Of a DNA stretch of 64,000 nt, positions 37,594 to 50,300 are shown one piece after another. A program made the translations under genes and the position numbers. Where the stretch lies: contig OZ316893.1 of assembly GCA_973895155.1 (NCBI GenBank), forward strand, positions 12,788,359 through 12,852,358, in the 5' to 3' direction. Source of the DNA: Marsupella aquatica. Its lineage: Eukaryota; Plantae; Marchantiophyta. The notes beneath the pieces are model-generated. The model was not told where the DNA came from. It made no database searches and saw only the letters and a list, made by a program, of their open reading frames with translations. Position 1 is the stretch's first letter. Each line of letters starts with the position of its first letter.

Positions 37594-39344
37594 CTAGCTC
37601 AATACCCGTGCGTTGCACAAAGATTTCATGAAGAAAAAAATATCATGTTGCCCAAGCCCATGCCCAAGATGTTCTTAAGAAAAACAGAAGTCAGACATTA
37701 AGGAAAAGATGTCGTGTCACCCATGATGCTGTTAAGAGACAAAATGTGGTGTCACCTGACCAAGATCTTGGGGGTTTCACTTTCGATCACGTGCGACAAA
37801 GTATAGGGTCATTTTATTGGTTCAAAGGGAAGACTTAAGAATTTTCTAAGAAAAACAATAGGGTTTTTAAAATCAAATTTTGAGACTTATAAGAACATTA
37901 GGGTCCTTATAACCAATTTTTTGGAATATTCCAAGAATATTCTAACTTTATAGGGGTTGAAAAATTAAAAAAAATTCTTACATTTTAGGGTGTCCAAGGC
38001 CTAAAAACGGCGCAGGTGATGGGGAGGCATCCATATAGTGAGACCCTTGAGGCCAAGATATCGTTAAGAAAAAAATATTGTGTCGCCCAAGATGCCTGCC
38101 AAGATGTTGTGAAGAAAACCCAAAAATGTTGTTAAGAAAAAGATGTTGTGTCGCTCGAGATGTTGTTAAGAAAAAAAGATGTTGTGTCGCCCACAGTGTC
38201 ATTAAGAAAAATATATTGTATCAGCCAAGACATCATTAAGGAAAAAGATGTCTTGGCACCCAAGATTTCCTTAAGAAAGAAGATGTCTTGGCACCCAAGA
38301 TGTCCAAAGAGACGTTATGTTGCCCAACTATTGTGGCGGGTGCCCAAGATGTTGTTAAACCACAACTGCCCTTCAAAAGCTACGGGTTACTCGTAGTTAC
38401 CATTCAAAGGGAATTTTTCCTAAAATTGTGGAGCAAGCTGGCATGCTAGAGGAGAACAATGATTGAAATGTGGAAAAGGGGGAGGTCTTGGACACTTCCC
38501 CTTATATAGGGGAAGTTGTGGTTTAAGAGAAAAGATGTCGATCATTACTTAAGGAAAAAAGACGCCAATGAGAGAAAAACATGCCAAGCGAGATGCCGGT
38601 GAGAAAAATATGTCAAGGATAGAAAAGACAACGAGGTGAGAAAAAGATGTCAAGATGAGGAAAAAGATATCCAGGAGAGAAAAGATGTTGTGGGTGAGGG
38701 GAAAATGTCATGGTGAGATAAAGATGGCAAGGTGAGAAAAGATAACAAAATTATGAGAAAAACATCAGATATATGTCAAGCTGAGAAAAGATCTTGAGGT
38801 GAGAAACATATGTCAAAATGAGAAAAGATCTTAAGGTGAGAAAAGATCTCAAGATCTGAGAAAAAGATCTTGAAGTGAGAAAAAATGTCATGGTGAAGTA
38901 AAGTTGACACCTGGGAAAGAGATGGTGAAATGAGAAAAAGATGTCAAGGCAAGGAAAAAATGTTCAGGAGAAATCTAAATGTAAAGATTAGAAAGTGAAG
39001 TGAAGGTGAGAAAATATGTCAAGGTGCGGCAAAGACTAATAAGCTTTGTGATGTAGTTGTTGAGACATGTTATGTGTGATCCCGACCATACAATAGCTGT
39101 GGTCATGTTATAGAACCCACATATTGCATATAGAAATTGGAGATGCGAGATAATGGCCTCTGCACGCATCATAGACTCCAAGCATAATTGAGTGTAACTA
39201 GGGAAACATGTGTTTTTTAATATTTATTTTTTAGAGAAATAAATATTTTCTAAATATTTTATTTTATATTCCAAAAAATAAGAATTAGAAGGTTAAAGGG
39301 CAGCTTGGGTAGGAACTTATTTTTAGAAGGGGTTTATGGATAGA
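37594..39344 (-). mobile_element. Non-autonomous Helitron, copy 2
   Basis: On the minus strand, 5' A|TCTATCCATAAAC and 3' gtgcaacgcacgggtattgagCTAG|T, a canonical plant Helitron end. The repeat-rich body is like that of 3583-4688. Confidence 0.82.
37767..38051. mobile_element. MITE of the 1506 family, nested in Helitron copy 2
   Basis: TIRs cttgggggtttcac / gtgagacccttgag; TSD accaagat (37759-37766) and gccaagat (38052-38059). Confidence 0.88.
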
Positions 39345-42309
39345 TCTGATGGTGTGGGAAAATATTGTTTGCCAAAAAATGGAGATTGAGCAAAGTACAT
39401 CCTTGTGTAAAAAATGTCATTGCGGAAAAAAATGTTTTGTGAAAGACTTTTGTTGTAGAGAAGATGTCATTGTGCAAAGACTATATTGTGTAAAAGATGA
39501 TGTTTGTGGAGAAGATACCATCTACAATAAAGATACTCCTTCATGCTCCCTCTTTTGCCCATAAAAATTCTTTGATCCTTTTAATAAAAATTGAAAATTA
39601 AAAAAAAGGATACTCTGATTTTCCTTCCTCCTTTACTAACTTTTTTTTAATTTTTCTCCAATTGTTTTTCTTTTCTTTGTTTGTTTTTGATTATCTGTAT
39701 CCACTTTTTGTCTTTTAGCCCCTCTCTCCCTCTCTCTCTTTGGGCCTCTCTCCCCTCCCATACTTTTCCATTCCAGCCTCTCTGTCCCTCCTTGGTCATC
39801 TCTCCCCTACCTAGAATCATACCCTGTGAGGATAATAGAATGATGCTCTCTTGTATCTTGGATGACACTCTTCCTTCCTTACAATTATGAGGGTAATAGA
39901 GGGCAGCAAGCGCATGAGGGACAGTCGTAACTTGCAACAACAATCATAATGGAGTGGTCTTCTGGAGGGCATCCTTTGTACTCCTTCATTCTTTGTTAGG
40001 GCATCTTATCATCTTTAGACTTTAGTACTCCTCTTCTCTTTGATGTCTAACGTTAATGGTCTCTTTTCCATGATTGCATGGTATTAAAAAGCTTGCAAAA
40101 GATCTAATGGCTATGGATCTAATGGCTGTGGATTAAAAAACTTGCAAAAGATCTAATGGCCCAGAACACAATTTATAATTATGGGATGAAGGATTAAAAA
40201 TGACGGTATTGGATATTATAGTTGTAGAGTCTTTAGAACTATTTTATAAGATTAAAGTTTTTTGGATGCTGCAAATTTGAATTGACAAAAAAGTGCCTCA
40301 ACATGTTATTATAGTCTTTAATTAGTTGTAAAGTGTGTTTGAATTAATAAGGTCTTGAAAGCCCTTGGTGAGAGATAAAGCCAATGAACTACTGTAGTGA
40401 AGTAGCAAAGGGAATCCTCAGACATTTAATGTTTGAATTAAATAATGTATTTAATTGTCTTGGGTGAGAGAGAAACCTAGTACAAAACTATTTAAATAAA
40501 TAAATTAAAGGGGTTGGAATAAAGTACAAAAGTGAAAATAATGCATGTGAGAAGCATAGAATAAACCAAATTAATATAAAAATACATTGCAAGCATTTCA
40601 AATAAGACAAAATAGCCACATGATGTTCCGCCATATAGCAGCCTAAAAAACAATGCATCCCTAAACCTGATATTATGAATCAAAATGACTGCCCAAAAAC
40701 AAGAGGTGCTCAAGCGCGCACAGGACAGGATCCCACAAGGGCAGGCCCGAGGGAAGGCAACAAAGGAGCCAAAAGGCCCAAGGAACCCAAGTAAAAGCCC
40801 AACACACTAACAGAAGGAACAACCTGTCAACCCTTGAACTTACCTATTGGCAAACTGGAGAGCTGGTAGAGCTCATTAATGAACTGCATGGGAGGGTCTA
40901 GCAATGGAATCTGACTAGAGGCTCTAACTCCCATGACATCACAAGCCTGCTCTAACCCAATAGGGCGCCTGGAGAGTAGATGACTTTTTGCCATAGATGC
41001 CACTGTCAATTTGTTTTCTTATGTTGTTTTCTAAAAAAACAAATGTGGTATGCTTGCCCACCCTCCCTGCCTGAAGTGCCTGCCCACAATAATGAAAACA
41101 AAACACAAAAAAGCGGAGAGAAGAAAAATTGAACAAAAGAGGAAAAAAAGAGAATAAATTTATGAAAAAACAAAAACAAAACACAGGAGCAAACTTGAGT
41201 GACCTTCCTACTGTCATGCAACCATGTATGGACTCTACAAATTGCGACTGTCATCACTCGAGCTGTCACCTGCATTGTCACTTGCCTCAGGTCCTGTACC
41301 CTTGACGCCATGAATGACACAATGGCCACAATGAGCACGTACATGGATGCAACAGGAATATGACCAAAACAACTGCTTCTTTGAAATAACAACTTGGTCC
41401 AAACGATTGCATGTCGACATGGCCACAACAACCACATGGTTGCAATGATTGCCCAGATGGTAGCAATGAGAATAGTGCAATGCACGGGTGTTTAGCTGAA
41501 AGGGGGCAGAGGAGGGAGGGGGGGGAGGGGCTACAAGGGAGAGATTTCACCCTCCATCTAACCTTTCTCTAAGCCCCTACATATGCCTTGGCTGCCATCT
41601 CCTAATCTTACGCTTGCCCTTTTACTTCTTGCAACAACTTAACTCATTTGTTAAACAAACTCTTTACATTTTCTATGCAACCCAGTAGTACGTATTAACA
41701 CGCTGACCAACCAAATGAGAAGTAACTATGTCCTGTTAATGATAATGTTTTTTGATTTTGCAATAAATAGTACATGGAAATCACACTTTTTTTCTACCAA
41801 AACTCAATTCGGTGCAAGAATCCTATTTATGATCCAATATGTGATTCCAATAATGGATACATTTTGTCTGAAAATGCCAAATTAGGGAAATCTTCAAATC
41901 AGTTTCACTTAACCATTCTTGCGAGGAATATCTTTGGTTTGCTAAAACCGCTCTTACTCCCCACTAATTTTTTTGCATCAATCAATGTTATCAAACCAAA
42001 ACATAAAGAAACTCTGGGATCGGCCTATTCCGCTTCAGAAGGATTCTTAAAAGTGGATACGTCGTGTCCACTTTCCAATTCAGACTAAACAGTCATTCAC
42101 ACCCAAAACAAGTTGTTTCAACTGTTCTGGCCGTACCCTTCAAGGTTAAAAGAGTAATATAATTCCAGCAACAATTTCCCCTCAGTAAAACCCCTTACCA
42201 CGCAAATTATGTTTCTCATCAAACCACAGTCTGCTAACACAGTTGGTCAACTTAACCCAAACTCTCTTGAATGATAATACTAGGAACCAACACCTTGAAA
42301 ATCCCAAAC

Positions 42310-42820
42310 TGAATACAATCTTGGATCAGTGGATCTATTTTTTTACTGACTGATTCCAAAATGCAATATGAATACAGAAATGGATTGATGGACCCTTTAT
42401 TTTCAGTGACTCAAAAAACACAATAAGAATACAAACTAAATCAATAAATCCATGTTTCCGACCAACTCCAAAAATGCTATATGAATACCATCCTGGATCG
42501 GTGAATTTAACTGAATCCAAAAATACAATATGAATACAGTGGATTGGTGGATCCATTTTTCTGACCAATTCCAAAAATGCAATATGAATACAAAAGTGGA
42601 TAAGTGGATCCATTTTTTCCAATCGACTCCAAAAAATAATGCAATATATATGAATAAGAAAGTGGATCGATGGATTCAATTTTTCTCACCGACTCCAAAA
42701 ATTCATTACGAATACGACAATGGATTGGTGGCTCTATTTTATCCAACCGACTCCAAAAATGCTATCTGAGTCTGACAATGGATCGGTGCATCTAGTTTTT
42801 CCGACCAACTCCAAAAATGA
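42310..42820. repeat. Minisatellite of about 55-60 bp, about 9 copies
   Basis: The unit is approximately gaatacaaaagtggat(c)gatggatccattttt-ccgaccgactccaaaaatgcaatat. Confidence 0.88.
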
Positions 42821-43610
42821 TTTCAACAGAATCGCACCTTGCCTCAGAGTTGACTATAGTTGGTTAGGAATAACAACAGTCAAGCGACAATTGGGAATGA
42901 CCATGTATGCGCATGGGCGATGTAAATTTTGGATGTTTACGCGGGTTTGGGATTTTTGAGTGTCCATAACGCTTGTTTGATCCAAACGTAGATACGCCGA
43001 TCCACTTTTATATTTGACTGTTGATTTCTCTGAATTTTGTTTTCTCAAAATGGGCTTTTTCCTCAGGAATACCAAATCCTTTTCCGGCCATTTTTTGTCT
43101 TAGGGAAAAACATTTGCCGCTGGAAAAATGAGAAGTTTGTGTTTGCTCACTTCTTGCTTGGTCGGTTAGCGTGTTTATTGAGCTTGTTAATTGAGCTCAA
43201 TAAACACCGAACAAGCTCAATAGACACACATGATTGAGCTTGGTTAGTCAGCGTGTTTATTGAGCTCAAAATTGATTTGAATCACCGCTGCAGGGTTCTC
43301 TCTCTCTCTCTGTGAATTACATATTAAGCTAAGGGCCTAGGGCATGGCCTCCCTGATGACCTTAACGACATCATGGATGCAGCAGCATGGTTGCAATGAC
43401 CACGTGGCTGCATGGAAAGTACACAACTGCCACAACTCCATGGCCGCAATGACACATGCCTTAAAAACTTACTTGCTTTATCTTTGCCTTGCCTCAAGAT
43501 ATTCTGTGCCATGCACTCCAACAAGCTAGTTTTGGTAGAACAGGGAGACGTTTCCAGGCATTGATTGTCTCTTAGACAGTCAACTTTGCAGTGGGAGGTG
43601 AGGCCAAAGG

Positions 43611-44364
43611 ACTAATCTTGCCATTGCACAATGCTGCACAAGTAAATTTTATAATTCTGTAAATTTTGCACCAAAACTATATTGTACAGTCGGTGCAATG
43701 GAATGCATCACCCATGCCTAGGAGTGGAGTTTGCACACATGCACATGCACATGGGCAATTGAGGGAAACTGTGATTTGTTTTGTTTGTGGCACGGAGGGA
43801 GTCCTCACCCCTGTTGTTGGGGCCAGTTGGGTTGCGCAGATGGTCAGCTGTCCGGGCAAAGTTGGCCGATCTTGGTCATGGGGAGGTCAGTGGCGGCTGT
43901 CGATCAACGACCAGCTGTTGACTCAGGCTCATTGCGGGGCAAGGTGGGGAGGTTGGCCGCAGTCCACTCAGGCTTGTTGTGAGGGTGAGTCAAGAGCGAG
44001 TTGAGGGCTTTTAGCGCGGTGACAAGAACTCAGTGTGTGGCAAGACACGGGATCACAGAGGCAAATTAAAGTGGAGGGTCACATTTTTTTCACTTTATGT
44101 AGCTTTCACTTTTTACCGTTCCTATTTTTTCTCCCATTATATTTGAATGATGACCACAGATTTTTTTGGCGCAACTTTGTATTATAGGAGTTAATATTTT
44201 ATTTCTACTCAAGTTTTTTTGAAACTATAAAGCTAATATCCAATGCTTTAAATCTTAATTTTAATAATTAATTAATTAATTATTATTTTTTATCTTGGTC
44301 AGGTTTGGGTAGGTTACAGGTAGTTTGGGCAGAGGTTATTGAGATTAACAGGGGTATGGATGGA
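43611..44364 (-). mobile_element. Diverged Helitron-family copy 3
   Basis: The minus-strand 5' end A|TCCATCCATACCCCT...ctgcccaaactacctgtaacc aligns with the 5' ends of copies 1 and 2. The 3' end is degenerate (ttgtgcaatggcaagattag|t) and the internal sequence is unrelated. Confidence 0.5.
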
Positions 44365-45279
44365 TCCGACGATTCCAGAAAATAAATTTTTAATGAAGGG
44401 CTGGGATTGGTTACCTTTTTTTTGAGGTTGTAAATGGACTATTTCTAGAGTACATGATATTATAATTAGTGACTTCTCCCCTCCTTGTAGCAAATAAGAT
44501 ATTTTGCTTGACTTTTAATTGTTTCCCATGATTACACTATGGTAAAGTGAGGGTCCTCCTTGATATTAGTGCATGCAACAGGGTTAATTCCATTTTTTGT
44601 CTTTTGTCTGCCCCATTTGATTCCTTTTTGTGTGCAAAGGTTTATGTCCTTTCCGTCCAAGCTATATTTCATTCACTTCTGGTTTTGTGCCTTAGTTTGA
44701 TTCCTTTTTTGTGTGCAATGGTTTCTGTAGTCTGTACTCTTGGTACACACTATATTTAATTTACTTTTGGTTTTGTGCCTTATGTTTATTGATTAGTTCT
44801 TTTCTCACACTGCAATTTTGAATGAGGACCACTTCAAAAAAGGGCGCAACCCTTTATTATAGGAGTTAATATGGTCTCCAGGCACTTGTGCCATTGCTGG
44901 AGGAGAATTGGGCCTGGAGGCAATTTTATTCTTCGTTGCTAATTAAGTGCGGACCATCCATGCTGGAGAGATTGACACACACTATTTTTTGACGGGTTTT
45001 TGGAGAAATAATGATTGAACCAAATTTTGTGTCAATCCTGATTGTTTGCTCTCGGTGCCGTGGATTCAAAGTGACCACATATTAAGCATGACCACATACT
45101 AAGCAAATGTGACAGGTCGCTATAGCATAGTATAGCATGAACATAATTCACGCTACAACTTTAATGACTGTACACTTACATGGAATAAGCATCCGGAACT
45201 ACCTGGATGTGTCTCTCTTAGTTATCAGATCCGCTCCCTTCACTGACTCTTGGCTCGACTCCGCAATTGTGCATAGGCA

Positions 45280-45490
45280 GACAGATTCGTGGGTGCCAAA
45301 GCACCAACTTGGTTGTCTACACTTACCTCAGAACTGGGAGTTTTATATGGTGAACCAACCAAGCTACAATATTGTGACACCACCAGAGCCTTTAGCCTTG
45401 CCAAAAATCCAGTGTTCATTCCAGACAGTCCAACTAAACGCTTTCATTTTGGGTTCCACTATCGATCATTTTGTAAGAGAACGTACAGGT
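45280..45490 (+). mobile_element. Copia RNase H fragment
   Basis: Translates as WLSTLTSELG...YCDTTRAFSLAKNPVF...TKRF...YHF-like, a degenerate copia RNase H. Confidence 0.7.
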
Positions 45491-47074
45491 TGAGAGTGGA
45501 GCTGTCGATCTCATTTAGAACGATTGCCACTTGTGATCGACCAAACTGCTCACATACTCCCAAAACCACTCTTTAGGAATAGCAAGGTTTCTGGAAATGA
45601 AAGGCAAGCTCTATCAGAGTTGTCTCCTTATCTCCTCTACAAAACAAAGTAAGATCGAAGAGTTGGCATCCCCTTTTCCCTTTCTCTTGCAGAACAGGAT
45701 TAATAATGACATCTTACGATATAGATAATTTAGTAGAATTTAGATCACTAAGTTTGCTTTGCTCGCATATTATTAGAAAAGTGAAGTTGTGTACTTGTAC
45801 GATGTCCTTCTTTAGTTTGTTTCTAATCGATTCACTAAGCAAAAATTGTATCACAGAGAAGATTCAGACGCCCATTCCACGAATTGAAGGCAGTTTGAAA
45901 ACGCGAGTCCACCCAATCCACCCGAATCGAAATTCACCAGCACCTGCTAGACAAGCGAGAAAAATATTATCGCTTTCCGTTCGAGGGCACAGGCTCAGCA
46001 TTCATCAGTGTCAACCTGTTTTCCTTCTGTTTTATTCAGGGTGCAGAGGGCCAACCCACGAAAGTCCCAGTACATTGGGTGTGGAAACTACAACAATGAA
46101 TACAACAAAACATGGCATTGATCAGCTATGCATGCATCTTACAGGGACAGGATGATTTGTTTCGCTATTGCAGAGCTAGTTTGTAACGTTGCATTCAGCC
46201 ATGTCTTACCCCGGAGCTACTTGATTGTCGTTGCAAGGTGAAGACCTACTCGAGGAACGACTGAACTCGCGCGGTGAATTAGTTGGGCATCCTGGCCAAA
46301 TAAATTTATTTCATAGATAGTCCGACAACATCATAGGTAATCCTCATCTGCTTCAGTTTTCCCCTTGAAGGCTACAGAAAAATAAAGCTCTGTCCTTCAC
46401 TTCAATTTGATAGAAGAGCTCCTGACTGTACTCCCACAATTAAGATGTACATATCACCCAAATTTGAGTCCAGAAAAGGGTTTAAGATTACAAACATTTG
46501 GGTTGTTGAAAACTTCGTAATTGCTGTGGATGCCAACAGAAAAGCTTAGTACATGTTGTGGATGCTCAACATGAGGCAACATGAGAGTCGGTAGGTCGGA
46601 ATGACATTTGCTCTAATTAAGGGGACAGTCATTGGAAAGGCCACCACAAAACTCAATCTCAGTGGACCAAAAGACGCCAAATGATATGGCTCATTGGAGT
46701 TTCTTGATCTTTCTTATTATGTACCGCTTTTCTGTAAGTTTCCCCTTTTTTGTGCTTCTGAAAAGCCTCGATTGGTGACCCGAACTGAGCTTTCTAGCTG
46801 GGTGAATTGTGAGCTATACTGACTGGCAATCATTAGCTAAGCCACTGTCCAGGAAGATTGAAAGAAATTTTCATAGAAGATATAACATTGATTCCGGATA
46901 GTCACGTGATCGAGTGGCATGCGAGTATGCTTGGTAAACCAGGGAGTGCATTACGGACCAAACTCATCAATAAAGTCCCCATGTAGAATGCAGGGACTTC
47001 AATCCTAACGAGATCTCAAAGCTCTCCTTTGATGGGTTTCATTTCCACATACTAACGAGATCTCAAAGCTCTCC

Positions 47075-47360
47075 TTTGATGGGTTTCATTTCCACAAAAG
47101 TAATTTATCACTTGTAATGAAAAATATAATATTTTATTGGTTAAAAAAAAATTTGTTGCAAAAAAAAATAAAATATTTTTTAAATTTAATTTTGAGATTT
47201 ATAAAAATATTAATATCTTTTTAATCTAATTTTTAAACTATTTTAAATTTATTTAAATTTATAAAAATTAAAATAAATAAATAATTAATTAATATTTTAG
47301 TGATCTGAACCTTGAAAACATGAGATGATGGGGAGGTTCCCATATAGTGAGACCCCCAAC
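47075..47360. mobile_element. Strongly AT-shifted MITE copy of the 1506 family
   Basis: The ends gggtttcatttccacaaaa and gatggggaggttcccatatagtgagaccccc match the family. The centre is colinear but almost devoid of G/C. Confidence 0.8.
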
Positions 47361-50300
47361 CTTGGATCTCTTCTATTCTCGAAGTGTAAATCTAGTTACC
47401 TGCTATTTCACATAAATTTCCTTAAGACTGTGACTGAATATCTTATTATTAAAGCGTCAACTCAAGTCTACTTTTAAGAGCCTAGGTCTAGAGTGAAGCC
47501 TCTAAACCGTAACTCTATGGTCATCATGTGCATGGGAGAAACTCATGACATCATCAATGTACATACCAATTCTCCTTGATAATTTTTATATGTATTATGG
47601 CCTCATCACAACATATGTGCATTAAAAAATACTCATGTGCACATAAAGGAGAATGGTATATTATATATGATTATTAAAATGATAAATTTTTTTATCATTT
47701 CATTAAACTTCAAAGAATATGGATAGAAAATATATTTTGATAATTTTTTATTGTACTCTCTACTATTTACTTTCAAAGAACGGGTAATGGGGACTAGTTC
47801 AATTTGTTTTTGTCATCTTCAGGGTGCATAGTTCAGGGTGCATAGTGAGCTAGTGATCAGCATGTTGAAATCTATAACTTAGTTTATAAGTCAAATTTTT
47901 TGTTTAACTTAAAATTAATTTTGATCGAGATAGCAGTGAGACAATAACTTCACACTTTCCACACAATTATTAGTAGAGATAATTAAATACAACCAGTCTA
48001 GTTCACATGCTCCCCAATTTGCTTTAAGTCTTGATGATTGCGCGACTTACATCAAAAACTTCTCTCCATAACAACGCCAAAAATCTGCCTTGTTCAAACT
48101 TCAGCAGAAAGATTGAAGCAGAGGAAAAACTGAAAGCCTTCAGCAGAGTAATTTAAGCAGAGGAACCTGAGTTCCTTTCGCACATTCAAGGTCCTCCACT
48201 GACATGGGTGTGGTGAGGATTTTATCGGAATCAAGCCATAGCTAGGGAACCAAGCCCGTTTTTCAGGAGACAGTTCAAATATCATTTGATACTTAAACTA
48301 CAGCTTTTCAAATGTACGTGAGGCCACATAAGGCGCGAAACCGAACTGGGAAACCAAAGTCATTTCCAGATCATGGATGAAGGATCCGGAACTTTACTCC
48401 TTGAGAGACAACGTGTGAAGAAAAAGACACTAGTTGCATCAAGCCATCTTGAAACTCTTGTACACCATCTACGTATCGGTGCGGTCTGTTTATGATGCTA
48501 TCTGCGGGCTTGGATGTGCTTTGCCAGTAGACCGACAAGGACAAACCCAAGGTTCTAACCTACACTTTTTTCTGGAATCCCATATACTGTCTGGATTACT
48601 CGACCCTTGCTAAAATATATGTGAGAACTGCCAAAGAGCAGGGGCGCTGAACCGGGAGACATGATACACAATCCAAAAACCAGGCGCTGAACCGGGCCGG
48701 AGACATGATCCCACAAGCCAAAACCCAAATGAAGGGAGAACAGAAAAAGAGGGCAAAAAGACGGGGCACAAGCCTAGCGCAAGGAAAACAAAAGACACAT
48801 AAAACTAAAGTCAACCTATATGTAAATTGAAGAGCCTGGTAAAGCTCTCAGTAGCTCTAAATTGAAGAGCTTGGTAAAGCTCTCAGTAGCTCAGTTGGTA
48901 AAGCTCAAGCGTAAACTGCATAGGAAGGTGGAGCAAAGGAATCCGGCTAGATGCCCAACCGCCTCCGCTCTAGGAAAAATAGTGAAGACCTGTGAGACAC
49001 CCGCTCCTACAAGGACGACAAGCGATATTCTGGGTCGCGTGTAGAGCGTGCCTAGTACCTGCCAACTACTGCCCAACCAGTGTCCAGTCGGGTACTACCC
49101 AGAAAACTCTCGTTCGAAGTTTCTCCAGTTCTACCTGCATAATAACAACGCTCCTTTCCAAATCACTTCCTAGGCTCCCAGCCAGGCACTATCTGAGATC
49201 ATTCTCTCCTCGTCAGTTGTTATCGGTGAAGGGCGAAACCAACTCGAAAGGCTGAACCGGGCACGTTGTGATGCGAGATCTATTGCATAGTTATCAGGAT
49301 CACGAATCAACTCTGTTGATTCCAGTCTCCCATTGACGTACCTCCAGTTCCAGTAAGCATCGACGTTACAGCCGAAACAAGAGCGACTAGAATTGAAGAC
49401 AAATTTCATTTGCTTACAGGTGACATTCTGCGCTCCCGTGACGTCAATTTCCAGAAATGGCAAAGCTTGGAGTGGTACTGTCACAAATTATAGAGCTATA
49501 TAGCGGAGGAGAATGCAGAGTGCCAAGAGCTTCAGGTGTCACCGTGCTACGTAGCTAGATATTCAGCTGCAGGACACACAAGTAGGGCACACATGTAGGC
49601 CAGATGAATGCTTCCGAGTTTCATGATTGCTTTTAAATGTCACTATACCTTTGGCATGCAATTTTTCAGTAACGCCGTCGCAATAAGTTTCAACATGTGA
49701 CATGAATTCTTATCAAGGATTTCTCAAACTCAAGCAGGCACTTTCTCCCTCACGACATAGAAATGTCGTCGAGCGTTCCCAGTGCGCTATGTTGCAGGGC
49801 TTTCTAGTTATTTTCTGAATAGCCACATAGTAACTTGTCACTAATTACACGGTTGACTAGAAATGATCTGAATTGATAGGCATTTACCTGTCCAGAATTA
49901 TTTCGGTGGGGGGGGGGAACGAATTGTGTCTCCAATTTCGTCATGCAAGCATGGGGATCGAGTAGTCTGTGCATGCCAGAGTGGTGGTGTTCTAAACTGT
50001 ACGGTAGAGCACAATATCTCGAAAGCAACTGGACTTTATCGATTCCTCGAGATTTCTCTCCATAAATTGCTACTAACAATGTCGGCAGGACAAACCAACT
50101 GAGCGTAAAGCTCAAATTGCTACAGAACACGCCATTCAAAGTAAAACTATAATAGCAAGTTAGTAAAATATATTGTCCAGCATCATTTTCCTCGATTGTT
50201 GGGTTTGAATGATGGGAGTTTAATCTTCAGTTCAACGGACCTCCCATCTGAGACTTACTTCGAGATTGAAGAAGAACTGCGAAAAGAAAGGCCACAGACT

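Noticed and set aside
3583-39344. One large inverted segmental duplication
   Set aside because: Homology is confined to individual TE copies with different flanks.
42310-42820. CRISPR-like array
   Set aside because: The units are degenerate tandem copies without unique spacers, the context is eukaryotic and there are no cas genes. The same applies to the arrays at 2225-2600 and 25590-25905.
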